A DNA stretch of 64,000 bases from a virus, in the IMG/VR virus record IMGVR_UViG_3300032240_000412, positions 32,423-96,422 of that record; one strand, 5' to 3'. Positions within the stretch are counted from its first letter, which is position 1. Each line of letters begins with the position of its first letter. A model generated the notes under the pieces. The model ran no database searches, had not been told where the DNA came from, and saw nothing but the letters and a program-made list of their open reading frames with translations. This document shows positions 50,365 through 58,680 of the stretch, piece after piece. Position numbers and translations under genes: made by a program.

Positions 50365-50618
50365 TCGTAAATTCGAATCTTCATATCAACAGGTTCTTTT
50401 TCGGCAATGCGAAGTTTATCTTCCATTGCTTCCTGTACCTGTATTACCTGTTCTTTTCCATATGGTGTATCGGAAGTGGCATGAATGATTTCAATTGCAT
50501 ACAACAAGTCATCACAGCATTGTTCAACTCGTGCAAGACGAGTTTGAAGTGTTGCAACCAGCTCACGTGCCTGCTTGGGCTTTAGAGCTGTAATTTCTTC
50601 TGCGGTAAGAATAATCAT
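50361..50618 (-). CDS. Hypothetical protein
   Basis: 85-aa ORF with 4-nt overlaps. Confidence 0.6.
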   Translation of the reverse strand: MIILTAEEITALKPKQARELVATLQTRLARVEQCCDDLLYAIEIIHATSDTPYGKEQVIQVQEAMEDKLRIAEKEPVDMKIRIYE

Positions 50619-51886
50619 TTTGCAACCTCGTCATAATTGGCCCATACACCAAACTCAGGTTCGGCATCACGATTGTTTTTAATAATCCAAACAGTCTCAC
50701 AGTAGTCGCGTACACGGTCGGGTTCCCAACCAAAGAAGCAATAGTCAGTGAACATAATCAGCTTCTTGGGTTCCATACCTTTGTCTTGCAAGTATTCCCA
50801 AACACAATGTGGATCTGTTCCGCCGCCACCCATAGGTTGGTAACTGGCAATGTCTTCCATGTTGTCGCTAGTAAAGTCTTGTGGATTATATGTGTCAGTA
50901 TCCCAACATAGTACATGAATTTTGTACTCATCGTAGGATTCCATGATACCTTTAACTTCACTCAAGAATATTTTACTGTCCTCGTCACTGATACTGCCGG
51001 ACATGTCAATGGCAACAACAACATCAATTTGTTGTCCTGGAACCATGCCAGGAAAGACTGCATCCATGTGCCAACTACGACGGCTTGGACGCATCCAAGT
51101 AAAGTCGCTTTTAACTGTACTTTGGATTTGTTGTTGCAACAGTTCTCGCCAGTCCATAACAGGAGCAGTAAGGTCTTTGACCATACGTTTGACATTACCA
51201 GGCAAGTCTCCGGCACCGGCAGTCTGAGCCGCAGTAATAACAGCCTGTTTAATTTCATCACGGATTTGCTGTTTCTCTGCATCAGTCAAACGTGGTCGGC
51301 CATTGCCTTCTTTGTTGCCATCACCATTGCTGTCGCCTTCGCTGTCGCCTTCGTCACCGTCCAAGTGTTCGTCCAACAGTTGTTTGGCCAACTTGTCGAT
51401 ATCAATTTTTTCTGCGTTCTTGTACAGTAAGTCGTAGACTTCTTCTGCACTCATGCCTTTATACTTTGGATCGTACAAACAGCCAACCTTGGTAATCTTC
51501 TCACCAATTTTGTGTTCAATTAAGTCTGCGTTAACACAATAGTCGTCGGCAATGTTCCACAAACGTGGCTCACGATCACCACGGCGACCCATGTGGTCGT
51601 AAATGGCATGTAGCACTTCGTGTCCAAACAAGAACTCTACTTCACGCAAGCTCAACCTGTCTACAAATGCACTATTGTAATAGAAATGGCGTCCATCTGT
51701 CGCCGCAGTAGGGCACCAGTCGTCGGCATTTAGAATTTTAAAACGAGTAGCCATGTTGCCAAAGAACGGAGCCTTAAGCAACAGAGCAACACGAGCAGTG
51801 ATCAATTTATCACGTACACGGGCATCTACCTTGGGATCAGTTACAGTAACAACTTTGCTTTTTTCGGCTAGTGTAGTATCAGACAT
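50615..51886 (-). CDS. DUF2201-like metallopeptidase-vWA domain protein
   Basis: TAATDG, HEVLH (HExxH), WNIADD..VN; vWA MIDAS motif DMSGS, GGGT, FTD. Confidence 0.88.
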   Translation of the reverse strand: MSDTTLAEKSKVVTVTDPKVDARVRDKLITARVALLLKAPFFGNMATRFKILNADDWCPTAATDGRHFYYNSAFVDRLSLREVEFLFGHEVLHAIYDHMGRRGDREPRLWNIADDYCVNADLIEHKIGEKITKVGCLYDPKYKGMSAEEVYDLLYKNAEKIDIDKLAKQLLDEHLDGDEGDSEGDSNGDGNKEGNGRPRLTDAEKQQIRDEIKQAVITAAQTAGAGDLPGNVKRMVKDLTAPVMDWRELLQQQIQSTVKSDFTWMRPSRRSWHMDAVFPGMVPGQQIDVVVAIDMSGSISDEDSKIFLSEVKGIMESYDEYKIHVLCWDTDTYNPQDFTSDNMEDIASYQPMGGGGTDPHCVWEYLQDKGMEPKKLIMFTDYCFFGWEPDRVRDYCETVWIIKNNRDAEPEFGVWANYDEVAK

Positions 51887-51909
51887 TTGAGCTCCTTATT
51901 AATATATGT

Positions 51910-51938
51910 ATTGTATATTTTAATGAATTAACAGTCAA
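51910..51938 (-). promoter_or_regulatory. Early sigma70-type promoter
   Basis: TTGACT-gttAATTCattaaaata(17)-TACAAT, followed by an AAGGAG RBS. Confidence 0.7.
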
Positions 51939-51972
51939 TAAAAAGAGGACTTACGGATTGCTCCTGCCTCTG
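51939..51972 (-). terminator. Putative intrinsic terminator after the MoxR gene
   Basis: Minus strand reads AGAGG-ca-GGA-GCAA-TCC-gtaagt-CCTCT-TTTT: an interrupted stem with a GNRA loop and a U-tract. Confidence 0.45.
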
Positions 51973-51992
51973 CCCGTGACTAGCGGAACCTT

Positions 51993-53096
51993 TTACTTAG
52001 CCGCCGCGGCAATTACATACTTGCCAAAACGTTTGTGGAACTCTTCAAAGCTGGGCAGTTTGCCTGGCAACAGTTTCAAATTGTAAGTGGTCAATGCAAC
52101 ACGAGCACCCATAACTACCAATTCTGTGGTAAAATTATCCATCATAAAGCGCAAGAAGTTCTCGCATTGGGCATGCCACGGATCCATTTTATTAGATGCA
52201 GTTGCAGTCTTGAACGAGTCCTGAAGCTCGTAGCACATACTAACAGTAAGCGAGTACATGGCAGAGATGTCCTTGGTCTTGAGCTCCTTGACCTTGCCTG
52301 CCAAAATATCTTCTGGCTTGGGCATCTGTCCGGCAACCTTGCGGTGAGCCATGAACTTGACAGCAAGACCTTCTCCCACTGTACCTGCAATAAGATCGGT
52401 AAGTGTGTCGTCTGCAATGGTATCGTCCTCAAGGAAGCGACTGACAAAGGTCCATGAACGTGGAGTAGCAAAACTACGTGAGCTCGAACGTGGGTCAAAG
52501 TCAAACAAGTCTTGTTTGGCAAAACTAATATAACCTACCACGTCTTTGTGTACACGGTTAGTAACAGCCCACTTTTCCCACGATGGAAAGTCCACACGCA
52601 TCTCTTGGTGAATGAAACGATTGCTCAGCGGAGTGGGCATACGATAGGTAACACCTTTGTCACTCTCGCGATTACCTGCGGCAACGATCACCACATTGTC
52701 TGGCAGTTTATATTTGCCTACACGACGGTTCAAAATAAGTTGATAACCTGACGCCTGTACAGCCGGAGCGGCCGCATTCATTTCGTCCAGGAACAAGACC
52801 ACAATAGGATACTGGCTGGCAGTTTCCTCGTCGGGCAAGTCAATTGGCGGTGCCCAATCCATAATGTTTTTCTCTTTGTGGTAGAACGGAATACCACGCA
52901 AGTCGGTTGGCTCCAACAAAGGCATACGCAGGTCGATCATCAAGCCACCAAGTTCTTCGGTAATGCCTGCTACCAATTCTGATTTACCAATACCAGGAGG
53001 ACCCCAAAGGAACACTGGCAGTTTGGCATTGAAGCATCGCAAAATGCTATTACGGGCGGATGTAGCAGTAACACTACGATTCTCAGTCACGGACAT
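51993..53096 (-). CDS. MoxR-family AAA+ ATPase
   Basis: Walker A GPPGIGKS, DLRGIP, Walker B LFLDEMN, AAGNR, L.NRF, TPRSW. Confidence 0.9.
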   Translation of the reverse strand: MSVTENRSVTATSARNSILRCFNAKLPVFLWGPPGIGKSELVAGITEELGGLMIDLRMPLLEPTDLRGIPFYHKEKNIMDWAPPIDLPDEETASQYPIVVLFLDEMNAAAPAVQASGYQLILNRRVGKYKLPDNVVIVAAGNRESDKGVTYRMPTPLSNRFIHQEMRVDFPSWEKWAVTNRVHKDVVGYISFAKQDLFDFDPRSSSRSFATPRSWTFVSRFLEDDTIADDTLTDLIAGTVGEGLAVKFMAHRKVAGQMPKPEDILAGKVKELKTKDISAMYSLTVSMCYELQDSFKTATASNKMDPWHAQCENFLRFMMDNFTTELVVMGARVALTTYNLKLLPGKLPSFEEFHKRFGKYVIAAAAK

Positions 53097-53125
53097 AAAA
53101 ACTCCTTTAGTTAATTTGAATATGT

Positions 53126-53154
53126 ATTATAAAATTAATTGAATTGTTCAGCAA
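53126..53154 (-). promoter_or_regulatory. Early sigma70-type promoter
   Basis: TTGCTG-aacAATTCaattaattt(17)-TATAAT, followed by AAGGAG. Confidence 0.6.
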
Positions 53155-53608
53155 GTTCTTTTTCGAGCACTTGGCTCAAACGAACCAGACGACCTTTGAA
53201 CTCGCCATAAGTACTGCCAACAAACCATTCGCCATCTTCCATGACATAGTAGTAGTCAGCACCACAGTTGTCGCATTGTTCCAAGAACTCGTCGAACGTC
53301 TGTGCTACTTTCCACTCAGTCTCGGTTTCACCACGGTCACGGCCGTAAAACGTGCATGAATCTCCATGGTCCAACTCGTATTGCTCACGCTCTTCTTCGG
53401 AGATGTCCAAAGAGCTGAAGGCATGTTTTTCTCCGATGTTTTTGCGAAGGCTACTGAGGTCCCCAAGGGCCACGAGCTGGTTTGCTTTGGTGCTGTCATA
53501 AAACTTCTCCAAGATTTCGCCATTGTGTGCAATATAACCATCCCAGTGGCAATACACAGATTTGCATTTGTCACCGTGCATAACGCCAATTCTTGAACGA
53601 GTACCCAT
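53135..53608 (-). CDS. Conserved phage hypothetical protein (MGTRSRIG...YCHWDGY)
   Basis: 157 aa with its own promoter and an AAGGA RBS. Confidence 0.75.
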   Translation of the reverse strand: MGTRSRIGVMHGDKCKSVYCHWDGYIAHNGEILEKFYDSTKANQLVALGDLSSLRKNIGEKHAFSSLDISEEEREQYELDHGDSCTFYGRDRGETETEWKVAQTFDEFLEQCDNCGADYYYVMEDGEWFVGSTYGEFKGRLVRLSQVLEKELAEQFN

Positions 53609-53639
53609 TTGCTGATTCCTTTTTAATTACAATAAAAGT

Positions 53640-53668
53640 ATTATACAATAATTCGAATTAATGGTCAA
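53640..53668 (-). promoter_or_regulatory. Early sigma70-type promoter
   Basis: TTGACC-attAATTCgaattattg(17)-TATAAT, with a TG extended -10. Confidence 0.8.
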
Positions 53669-53669
53669 A

Positions 53670-53951
53670 TTACATTGACCAGTAAGTTTCGCTAGCAGGG
53701 TTACAGCACCATGGAGTATCTGCGTCAATGGTTACGTCTTTGCCTGTCATCAAGTTCTTGACAGTGACCTTGGGAGCCGTGTAAGTGTCACGAGCAACAA
53801 TGCTCAGTTCACCAGCACTCCAACCTGCTTTTTTGCAAAGACGGGTACGAGTAGCACGAGCGGCACCATAAGTTTTGTATGCACGGCTCTTGTTAGGACC
53901 GTCTGTGACAATTAAACCTGTACCTTTTGCAACGATTACATATGATGACAT
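53670..53951 (-). CDS. Hypothetical early protein (C-terminal TPWCCNPASETYWSM)
   Basis: ATG 53951 follows a GGAG RBS and a promoter. Confidence 0.7.
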   Translation of the reverse strand: MSSYVIVAKGTGLIVTDGPNKSRAYKTYGAARATRTRLCKKAGWSAGELSIVARDTYTAPKVTVKNLMTGKDVTIDADTPWCCNPASETYWSM

Positions 53952-53981
53952 TTTCTGGCTCCGTTTTGTTACTGTTCTTAT

Positions 53982-54010
53982 AGTATACATTAAACGGAAT
54001 TATGGGTCAA
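53982..54010 (-). promoter_or_regulatory. Early sigma70-type promoter (duplicated cassette, copy 1)
   Basis: TTGACC-catAATTCcgtttaatg(17)-TATACT. Confidence 0.75.
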
Positions 54011-54037
54011 CCGAAAGATTCTGCCTGTTTTTTAAGC

Positions 54038-54065
54038 AAAAAAGCCCTATTTTTGGGGCTTTTTT
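54038..54065. terminator. Bidirectional intrinsic terminator
   Basis: AAAAAAGCCC-tatttttg-GGGCTTTTTT. Confidence 0.75.
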
Positions 54066-54084
54066 CTGTTGTTTTTAAGCAACA

Positions 54085-54318
54085 TTATCCATAGAAATGC
54101 TTGTAGGACATACCACCAACATAAATGGATAGCAGTACAGCATTAGACGTGATCATGGAAGGATGTCGCATTTGCAGACTTACTATTAGCCACAATCCAG
54201 TTTCTAAGAAACACATAATGGCACCAAGAGGATAGTAGTCCAATGATACACATACAGCTCCGGCGATAGAAATCGCTGAAGCAGTCCATTCAATTATTGC
54301 TTGTTTATCAAACTTCAT
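54085..54318 (-). CDS. Small membrane protein (about 3 TM, weakly PnuC-like)
   Basis: 77 aa with three hydrophobic segments and an IEW.A start motif. Confidence 0.55.
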   Translation of the reverse strand: MKFDKQAIIEWTASAISIAGAVCVSLDYYPLGAIMCFLETGLWLIVSLQMRHPSMITSNAVLLSIYVGGMSYKHFYG

Positions 54319-54557
54319 TCACGCCCAACATCAGGAAAATGACTAATAATTAAATCTAATGCTTCGATAGTTCGTATATTTCCTGCTACATCTTCGGGGT
54401 GTAACCAGTAACCATCTGGATTGGAATCTGTCTTAGGATTCTTCTTCCATTGTTTTAATTCTTTCTTTAGATACGCACGATAGTCTTTTAAGTTAAGACT
54501 GGTAATGCGATCCGCAGTTTCACTGTCAATGGTTAATGGCCCAATTCGTTTGTTCAT
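54315..54557 (-). CDS. Hypothetical protein
   Basis: 80 aa with 4-nt overlaps. Confidence 0.6.
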   Translation of the reverse strand: MNKRIGPLTIDSETADRITSLNLKDYRAYLKKELKQWKKNPKTDSNPDGYWLHPEDVAGNIRTIEALDLIISHFPDVGRE

Positions 54558-54787
54558 TCTTCAACTCCAAATCCTAAGTTAGTTGCATATTCTCGAATGG
54601 TGGGTGCGCCGTTCAGGCCATCTTCATCCGTGAACACAGGGTTGTTGGTATGAGTATACCCATCATAAAACGAGATGAACCAAGCGGGTCGACCATAACT
54701 CACACAAGGTGTGGCCTGCCCTACCCGCCGGCCATTCACATAAGGTGGTCGATCAATGCTGATCAGATACTGACTGATCTGGTTCAT
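54554..54787 (-). CDS. Hypothetical protein
   Basis: 77 aa with 4-nt overlaps. Confidence 0.55.
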   Translation of the reverse strand: MNQISQYLISIDRPPYVNGRRVGQATPCVSYGRPAWFISFYDGYTHTNNPVFTDEDGLNGAPTIREYATNLGFGVEE

Positions 54788-54987
54788 TCCGCAACTCCAA
54801 AATGTTTTAGCAAATCATCGCAATGTTCGCCTTGTCTTGATTCCCAATAGTCTATTCTTTTAGCACATTCCCGAACAATCAACTCGGCGAACTTTGTGTG
54901 ATAAACTTCAAGCCATTGTTCTGGTGCTAGCCCAGTTGGCACACTTTGCTTTGCCTGTTCAACAAGAGTTTGAATTTGTTGTTTCAT
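54784..54987 (-). CDS. Hypothetical protein (KFAELIVRECA...HFGV type)
   Basis: ATG 54987 overlaps the upstream stop (ATGA). Confidence 0.6.
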   Translation of the reverse strand: MKQQIQTLVEQAKQSVPTGLAPEQWLEVYHTKFAELIVRECAKRIDYWESRQGEHCDDLLKHFGVAE

Positions 54988-55217
54988 ATTTTTAATGTTT
55001 CCCAAAACAGAGTAGGGTCATTCTTAGGAACCGTAGCCACAGTCTCTATCCATCCGCACTCAATTGCTTTAATAAGTTGTTTGGCAACATGCTCTGGACA
55101 ACTGCTATTGATCTGCACTCCTGCGCGATCTGCCACTACCATAGTTCCCTGCAATTGGAAACTTGGGTCTCCTTTGCGTAAAGTAACCCAAGGACTTTCT
55201 TGTACAGTAAAAGACAT
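54984..55217 (-). CDS. Hypothetical protein
   Basis: 77-aa ORF in a chain of coupled genes. Confidence 0.55.
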   Translation of the reverse strand: MSFTVQESPWVTLRKGDPSFQLQGTMVVADRAGVQINSSCPEHVAKQLIKAIECGWIETVATVPKNDPTLFWETLKI

Positions 55218-55219
55218 GC

Positions 55220-55420
55220 TTAGTCAGTATCAATAGGCATGCACCGTGTGGGGAATATCAATCCATACTGTACATACATGTTTTCTTTTTTGTCTTTTGT
55301 CATCACAACACCATCAAGGCACACTTTGGCTACGGGCGGTTCAGTGATCAGCTGAAACAGGCCCACAACAATACAAGCCCACAAAAGGCCTGTAAGTACT
55401 ATATACGTCCATTTACTCAT
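55220..55420 (-). CDS. Small membrane-anchored protein
   Basis: N-terminal hydrophobic helix; ATG 55420 follows GGAG. Confidence 0.55.
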   Translation of the reverse strand: MSKWTYIVLTGLLWACIVVGLFQLITEPPVAKVCLDGVVMTKDKKENMYVQYGLIFPTRCMPIDTD

Positions 55421-55619
55421 TGCAATCTCCACAATCAATTCTCCACGGACAACGAACCAGTATCATTGTACTGCAATCGTCATGTCCCCAACACGCCGGG
55501 GCCTCAGTTCCTCTTAGGTTCTTGATGTCTTTCAGGATGCTCAGTCTTTCGGGACTGTTCAGTTGTCCAGCATTGCCCAACATAGCTTCTTTGTCTAAGA
55601 GGTCTTGAATTAAGTTCAT
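55413..55619 (-). CDS. Small Cys-rich hypothetical protein
   Basis: C-terminal CWGHDDCS...CPWRIDCGDC. Confidence 0.55.
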   Translation of the reverse strand: MNLIQDLLDKEAMLGNAGQLNSPERLSILKDIKNLRGTEAPACWGHDDCSTMILVRCPWRIDCGDCNE

Positions 55620-55633
55620 ACTGCATTATAGCA

Positions 55634-55852
55634 TTAAGCTGATAATTTATCAAGCAGATATCCGTGGATGATATCCATCTCACTCTGCTCAACATAGAAG
55701 TCTGTGGTTGGATCATAGTACTGGCCCGCCTTGTTGTCATAATACAACACACGGCCAGAAAAGTTAAAAGGCCCTTCTAGGCCCCGGCGTGGACCATACT
55801 TGACACGCATCTGGTCCATTTGATTCTTGTCTGCTAGTACAGCATATCCCAT
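55634..55852 (-). CDS. Conserved phage hypothetical protein (GLEGPF...VLYYD..GQYYDPTTDFY)
   Basis: 72 aa with a GAGG RBS. Confidence 0.7.
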   Translation of the reverse strand: MGYAVLADKNQMDQMRVKYGPRRGLEGPFNFSGRVLYYDNKAGQYYDPTTDFYVEQSEMDIIHGYLLDKLSA

Positions 55853-55863
55853 GTTGTTGCCTC

Positions 55864-56001
55864 TTAGAAATGTAAAGGGTTACGTCGGCGCAAGTGTGCC
55901 AATGCAGATTCTTTGGTGTCAAAGCGACCTGAGATTGGTGTTTGATGTGCGCCACGCACAATGTACCATCCACCCAATAGACCGTTGTATACGACTTTCA
56001 T
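55864..56001 (-). CDS. 45-aa hypothetical protein MKVVYNGLLGGWYIVRGAHQTPISGRFDTKESALAHLRRRNPLHF (not in the ORF track)
   Basis: Strong AAGGAG RBS; fills the gap between its neighbours. Confidence 0.65.
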   Translation of the reverse strand: MKVVYNGLLGGWYIVRGAHQTPISGRFDTKESALAHLRRRNPLHF

Positions 56002-56010
56002 AATGACTCC

Positions 56011-56286
56011 TTAGACCAGATCAACTTGAACTTGAAATTTGCCTTCTGTGCATCCTAGGCCAGTTTCTAGATTGCGCTGACCTGCTTTCTTAGAAATGTG
56101 ACGAATGGCGCTAAGACGTTCTAATGCATTCCAAACAGCGGTGCGAGCGTTAACAGTGGCCATGGATTCTGACATCTGCTTGATAGTCATGTACATGCCA
56201 ACATCGTATTCGGAGCCACCCTGTTTAAAGATAACACGAAATTTTTGGCTGTTCTTAAAGCCTGGGATAATTGTTTTCATACGCAT
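56011..56286 (-). CDS. Hypothetical protein
   Basis: 91 aa; TAATG coupling and a GGAGG RBS. Confidence 0.6.
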   Translation of the reverse strand: MRMKTIIPGFKNSQKFRVIFKQGGSEYDVGMYMTIKQMSESMATVNARTAVWNALERLSAIRHISKKAGQRNLETGLGCTEGKFQVQVDLV

Positions 56287-56570
56287 TATACAGCCTCCAG
56301 CATGTTAGCAGGCACATTGTACCGACCTTGTGGAGTGTTCACAAGTACATATTTGATCTTGACTTTGTCAACTGTACCGGTGTAGGTCATGCCGTTGCGG
56401 TTGCTGGTAAACTTCACAGTGTCACCAACTCGCAGGGCACGAGCTTGTTGCTTGGTCATTTGAGCTCTAGCAAATTTCACAGCATCAATCACGCTGGCCA
56501 GCTCGGTATTAGTCAAATTACCAAACATGATGGTAGAATTGATTTGTTGGATGGTGCTAAGTCGTTCCAT
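56286..56570 (-). CDS. Hypothetical protein with a C-terminal SH3/KOW-like domain
   Basis: LRVGDTVKF....YTGTVDKVKIKYVLV...YNVPANML; ATG 56570 follows AAGGA. Confidence 0.65.
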   Translation of the reverse strand: MERLSTIQQINSTIMFGNLTNTELASVIDAVKFARAQMTKQQARALRVGDTVKFTSNRNGMTYTGTVDKVKIKYVLVNTPQGRYNVPANMLEAV

Positions 56571-56601
56571 TTCAAGTTCCTTTTTAAGTTTCAATACAAG
56601 T

Positions 56602-56630
56602 ATTGTACATTAATTCGAATTACTGGTCAA
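56602..56630 (-). promoter_or_regulatory. Early sigma70-type promoter
   Basis: TTGACC-agtAATTCgaattaatg(17)-TACAAT; a near copy of 53640-53668. Confidence 0.75.
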
Positions 56631-57019
56631 ATGCCTGCCAGACTTTTCATAAATTTAGCACGTTCCTCTGCTGGCGTTAGTACTTTCTTAGTACGTTTAA
56701 CCAACATGGAAGTGGGCCTAATCACAGGCTTCTTGACAGTAACCTTGACAGTTTTCTTGGGGGTAGCAAACGGATTTTCGTCCTTGACCATTGCAGTCAG
56801 TAAAGCCTCGGCTTCTTTGGTATCAACTTGAAAACGTCCCAGGTTAGTGAGCACATACTTAATCGCTTCATTCTTGAACATTGGAATAGGCAATTTATCC
56901 ATGTCAACTTCAGTGTCACCCAGCTTCTCAAGTTGAGTAGCACGATTCTTGTTGGTGGCAACGCGAAATTTCAGTACGCCATTGACACGGCTAAAGCCGG
57001 CAAAAGTAATCAAAGCCAT
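56627..57019 (-). CDS. Hypothetical basic protein
   Basis: 130 aa with an AAGGAG RBS and a Lys-rich C-terminus. Confidence 0.65.
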   Translation of the reverse strand: MALITFAGFSRVNGVLKFRVATNKNRATQLEKLGDTEVDMDKLPIPMFKNEAIKYVLTNLGRFQVDTKEAEALLTAMVKDENPFATPKKTVKVTVKKPVIRPTSMLVKRTKKVLTPAEERAKFMKSLAGI

Positions 57020-57029
57020 TTTTATCTCC

Positions 57030-57347
57030 TTAAACTGTATAAGAGTGACCAGTTAACACATTCACCACCTTGGCGCCCGGACCAAATGCGGCTCGCATTT
57101 CAAACAATTCTTCTTCGCTTGGGCCTTTGTAGTTTCGAGCATAAGCCTCAAGAGCAATACGGTCTTCAATTTTGCGTTGAGCCAAACTGTTAGAAAGTTC
57201 TTGGTTTCCAATCCAACCAGCGGTTACAAATTCTTGCAACATGTCTTCAAAAGGAATACGATCGTTGCTGTTCCAACGAACCACTGGGCCAGACTCGCTG
57301 TTGGTTTCATCAATGTAAAACTGGGTTTTGTATTTTGCATCTACCAT
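57030..57347 (-). CDS. Conserved phage hypothetical protein (EMRAAFG.G..VVNV.TG)
   Basis: 105 aa with an AGGAG RBS and its own promoter. Confidence 0.7.
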   Translation of the reverse strand: MVDAKYKTQFYIDETNSESGPVVRWNSNDRIPFEDMLQEFVTAGWIGNQELSNSLAQRKIEDRIALEAYARNYKGPSEEELFEMRAAFGPGAKVVNVLTGHSYTV

Positions 57348-57377
57348 TTTCTGCTCCTGTTTGCTTACTGTTCTTAT

Positions 57378-57406
57378 AGTATAGATTAAATGGATTTTTG
57401 TGTCAA
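57378..57406 (-). promoter_or_regulatory. Early sigma70-type promoter (duplicated cassette, copy 2)
   Basis: TTGACA-caaaaatccatttaatc(17)-TATACT; the leader is nearly identical to that of 53951. Confidence 0.75.
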
Positions 57407-57429
57407 GTTTTGGGCTAAAAAGCTCAAAA

Positions 57430-57509
57430 AAAAAGTGTTGCTAAAAAACAACACTTTTTAGGGTAAAATCTGCTTAATTTTTAAGCAATTTTTGCTTGAT
57501 TTTTAAGCA
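57430..57509. repeat. Cluster of palindromes (terminator and/or operator sites)
   Basis: AAAAAGTGTTG-ctaaaaaa-CAACACTTTTT (57430-57459); TGCTTAAtttTTAAGCA (57471-57487); TGCTTGAtttTTAAGCA (57493-57509). Confidence 0.7.
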
Positions 57510-57511
57510 GG

Positions 57512-58345
57512 TTAAGTCCAAAGCCCGTGGCGTATCTTGATAAGGCGGATCATCATAGCCTCGTCTTCTTTTTCATAATTTGCTTCGATCTTTTGAAGTG
57601 ACTTGAGGGCTTTGTCGCTCATCTTCTTAAGCTCGGGACTTTTGTCATTGCCCCAGCTTAGTCGACCATTATTGGCAATACGACTGGCTTCACAGTAGGC
57701 ACTCCATCCACTGGCTTCGTGAGGGTCTGGTCGGTTACGATATGTAGTGGTCCACCATGTGTACAAATCTAGTATTTCTTGTGCCTTGACTGCCTGTGGA
57801 GTCAGTTCGCCGAGACCTTCAAAGTCTGCACCAACTTCATCTTCTTTCCAACGAAGATTACGTTGCCATTCCAAGTTGTCAAGACCAGCTTGTGGACAGC
57901 GCCATGTACGGATACGCCACCAGCCCACAGCCCACCAAGGCATATTGTATTTGGACCTTTCTTCTTCGTTCCAGGCAAGGTGCCACCAGGCTAGTTCCAC
58001 TTCAACAAAATCCACAAGTTCATTAAAAAGACAGGGAAGAAAACGATTTCCCACATCACACCATTCACCACGAGCAATGTCCCGAGGATGGGCAGTAAGA
58101 GCATGTGTGCGAGTAACCCAGCGGTTGTTAAGGTAGTATTTGATAGCATAGATTTTATCTGGAATATAGTATACAAAGTTTTGAACATAATCAAGTCCTT
58201 CTTCGGCTAGCCAATAACGTACAGGATTGTAACGTTTTGCTTTATCTTCCCACTCGTTCCAGCCTTCGCCAGTTTTAGCACCACCCTTGGCAGTACCGCG
58301 AAGCCAGTCGGCAAATTTACTGCAACTCCAGTAATGATTTCTCAT
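57512..58345 (-). CDS. Trp-rich hypothetical protein
   Basis: 277 aa; C-terminal EKEDEAMMIRLIKIRHGLWT. Confidence 0.7.
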   Translation of the reverse strand: MRNHYWSCSKFADWLRGTAKGGAKTGEGWNEWEDKAKRYNPVRYWLAEEGLDYVQNFVYYIPDKIYAIKYYLNNRWVTRTHALTAHPRDIARGEWCDVGNRFLPCLFNELVDFVEVELAWWHLAWNEEERSKYNMPWWAVGWWRIRTWRCPQAGLDNLEWQRNLRWKEDEVGADFEGLGELTPQAVKAQEILDLYTWWTTTYRNRPDPHEASGWSAYCEASRIANNGRLSWGNDKSPELKKMSDKALKSLQKIEANYEKEDEAMMIRLIKIRHGLWT

Positions 58346-58680
58346 GATGTAAATTCCTTAATTGATAAATGGTCGGGATTGTTAGAAATTGGCGTTACCA
58401 GCAATCCTGTATTTTCAGGAAATCGCTCTTTGAACATAGAGCACATTTCTTCTAGTGTGTTACCATGTGCTAGATAATTGCCTTTTTTAGCATTATAGGC
58501 AAATAGTCCAGCTTCATTTCGCTCAATCACAATCCAGATGTATTTTGGGTCTGTGTGTACTGCGGGAGCATCTAACTTTAGTTCTTTGTCTTTGTTAGGC
58601 CAAACAACACGAGACGCCCACCAAAGACATCCCACTAATAATACCAAGTCCCAAAAATCAAAACTCATTTTATGCTCCAA
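58342..58680 (-). CDS. Hypothetical protein with an N-terminal membrane anchor
   Basis: 112 aa, hydrophobic N-terminus, overlapping both neighbours. Confidence 0.55.
   Translation of the reverse strand: MEHKMSFDFWDLVLLVGCLWWASRVVWPNKDKELKLDAPAVHTDPKYIWIVIERNEAGLFAYNAKKGNYLAHGNTLEEMCSMFKERFPENTGLLVTPISNNPDHLSIKEFTS

Noticed and set aside
57430-57509. Possible CRISPR mini-array or attachment site
   Set aside because: The repeats are only 17-18 bp and a few nt apart, with no spacer-length unique sequence and no cas or integrase gene nearby; they are treated as operators/terminators.
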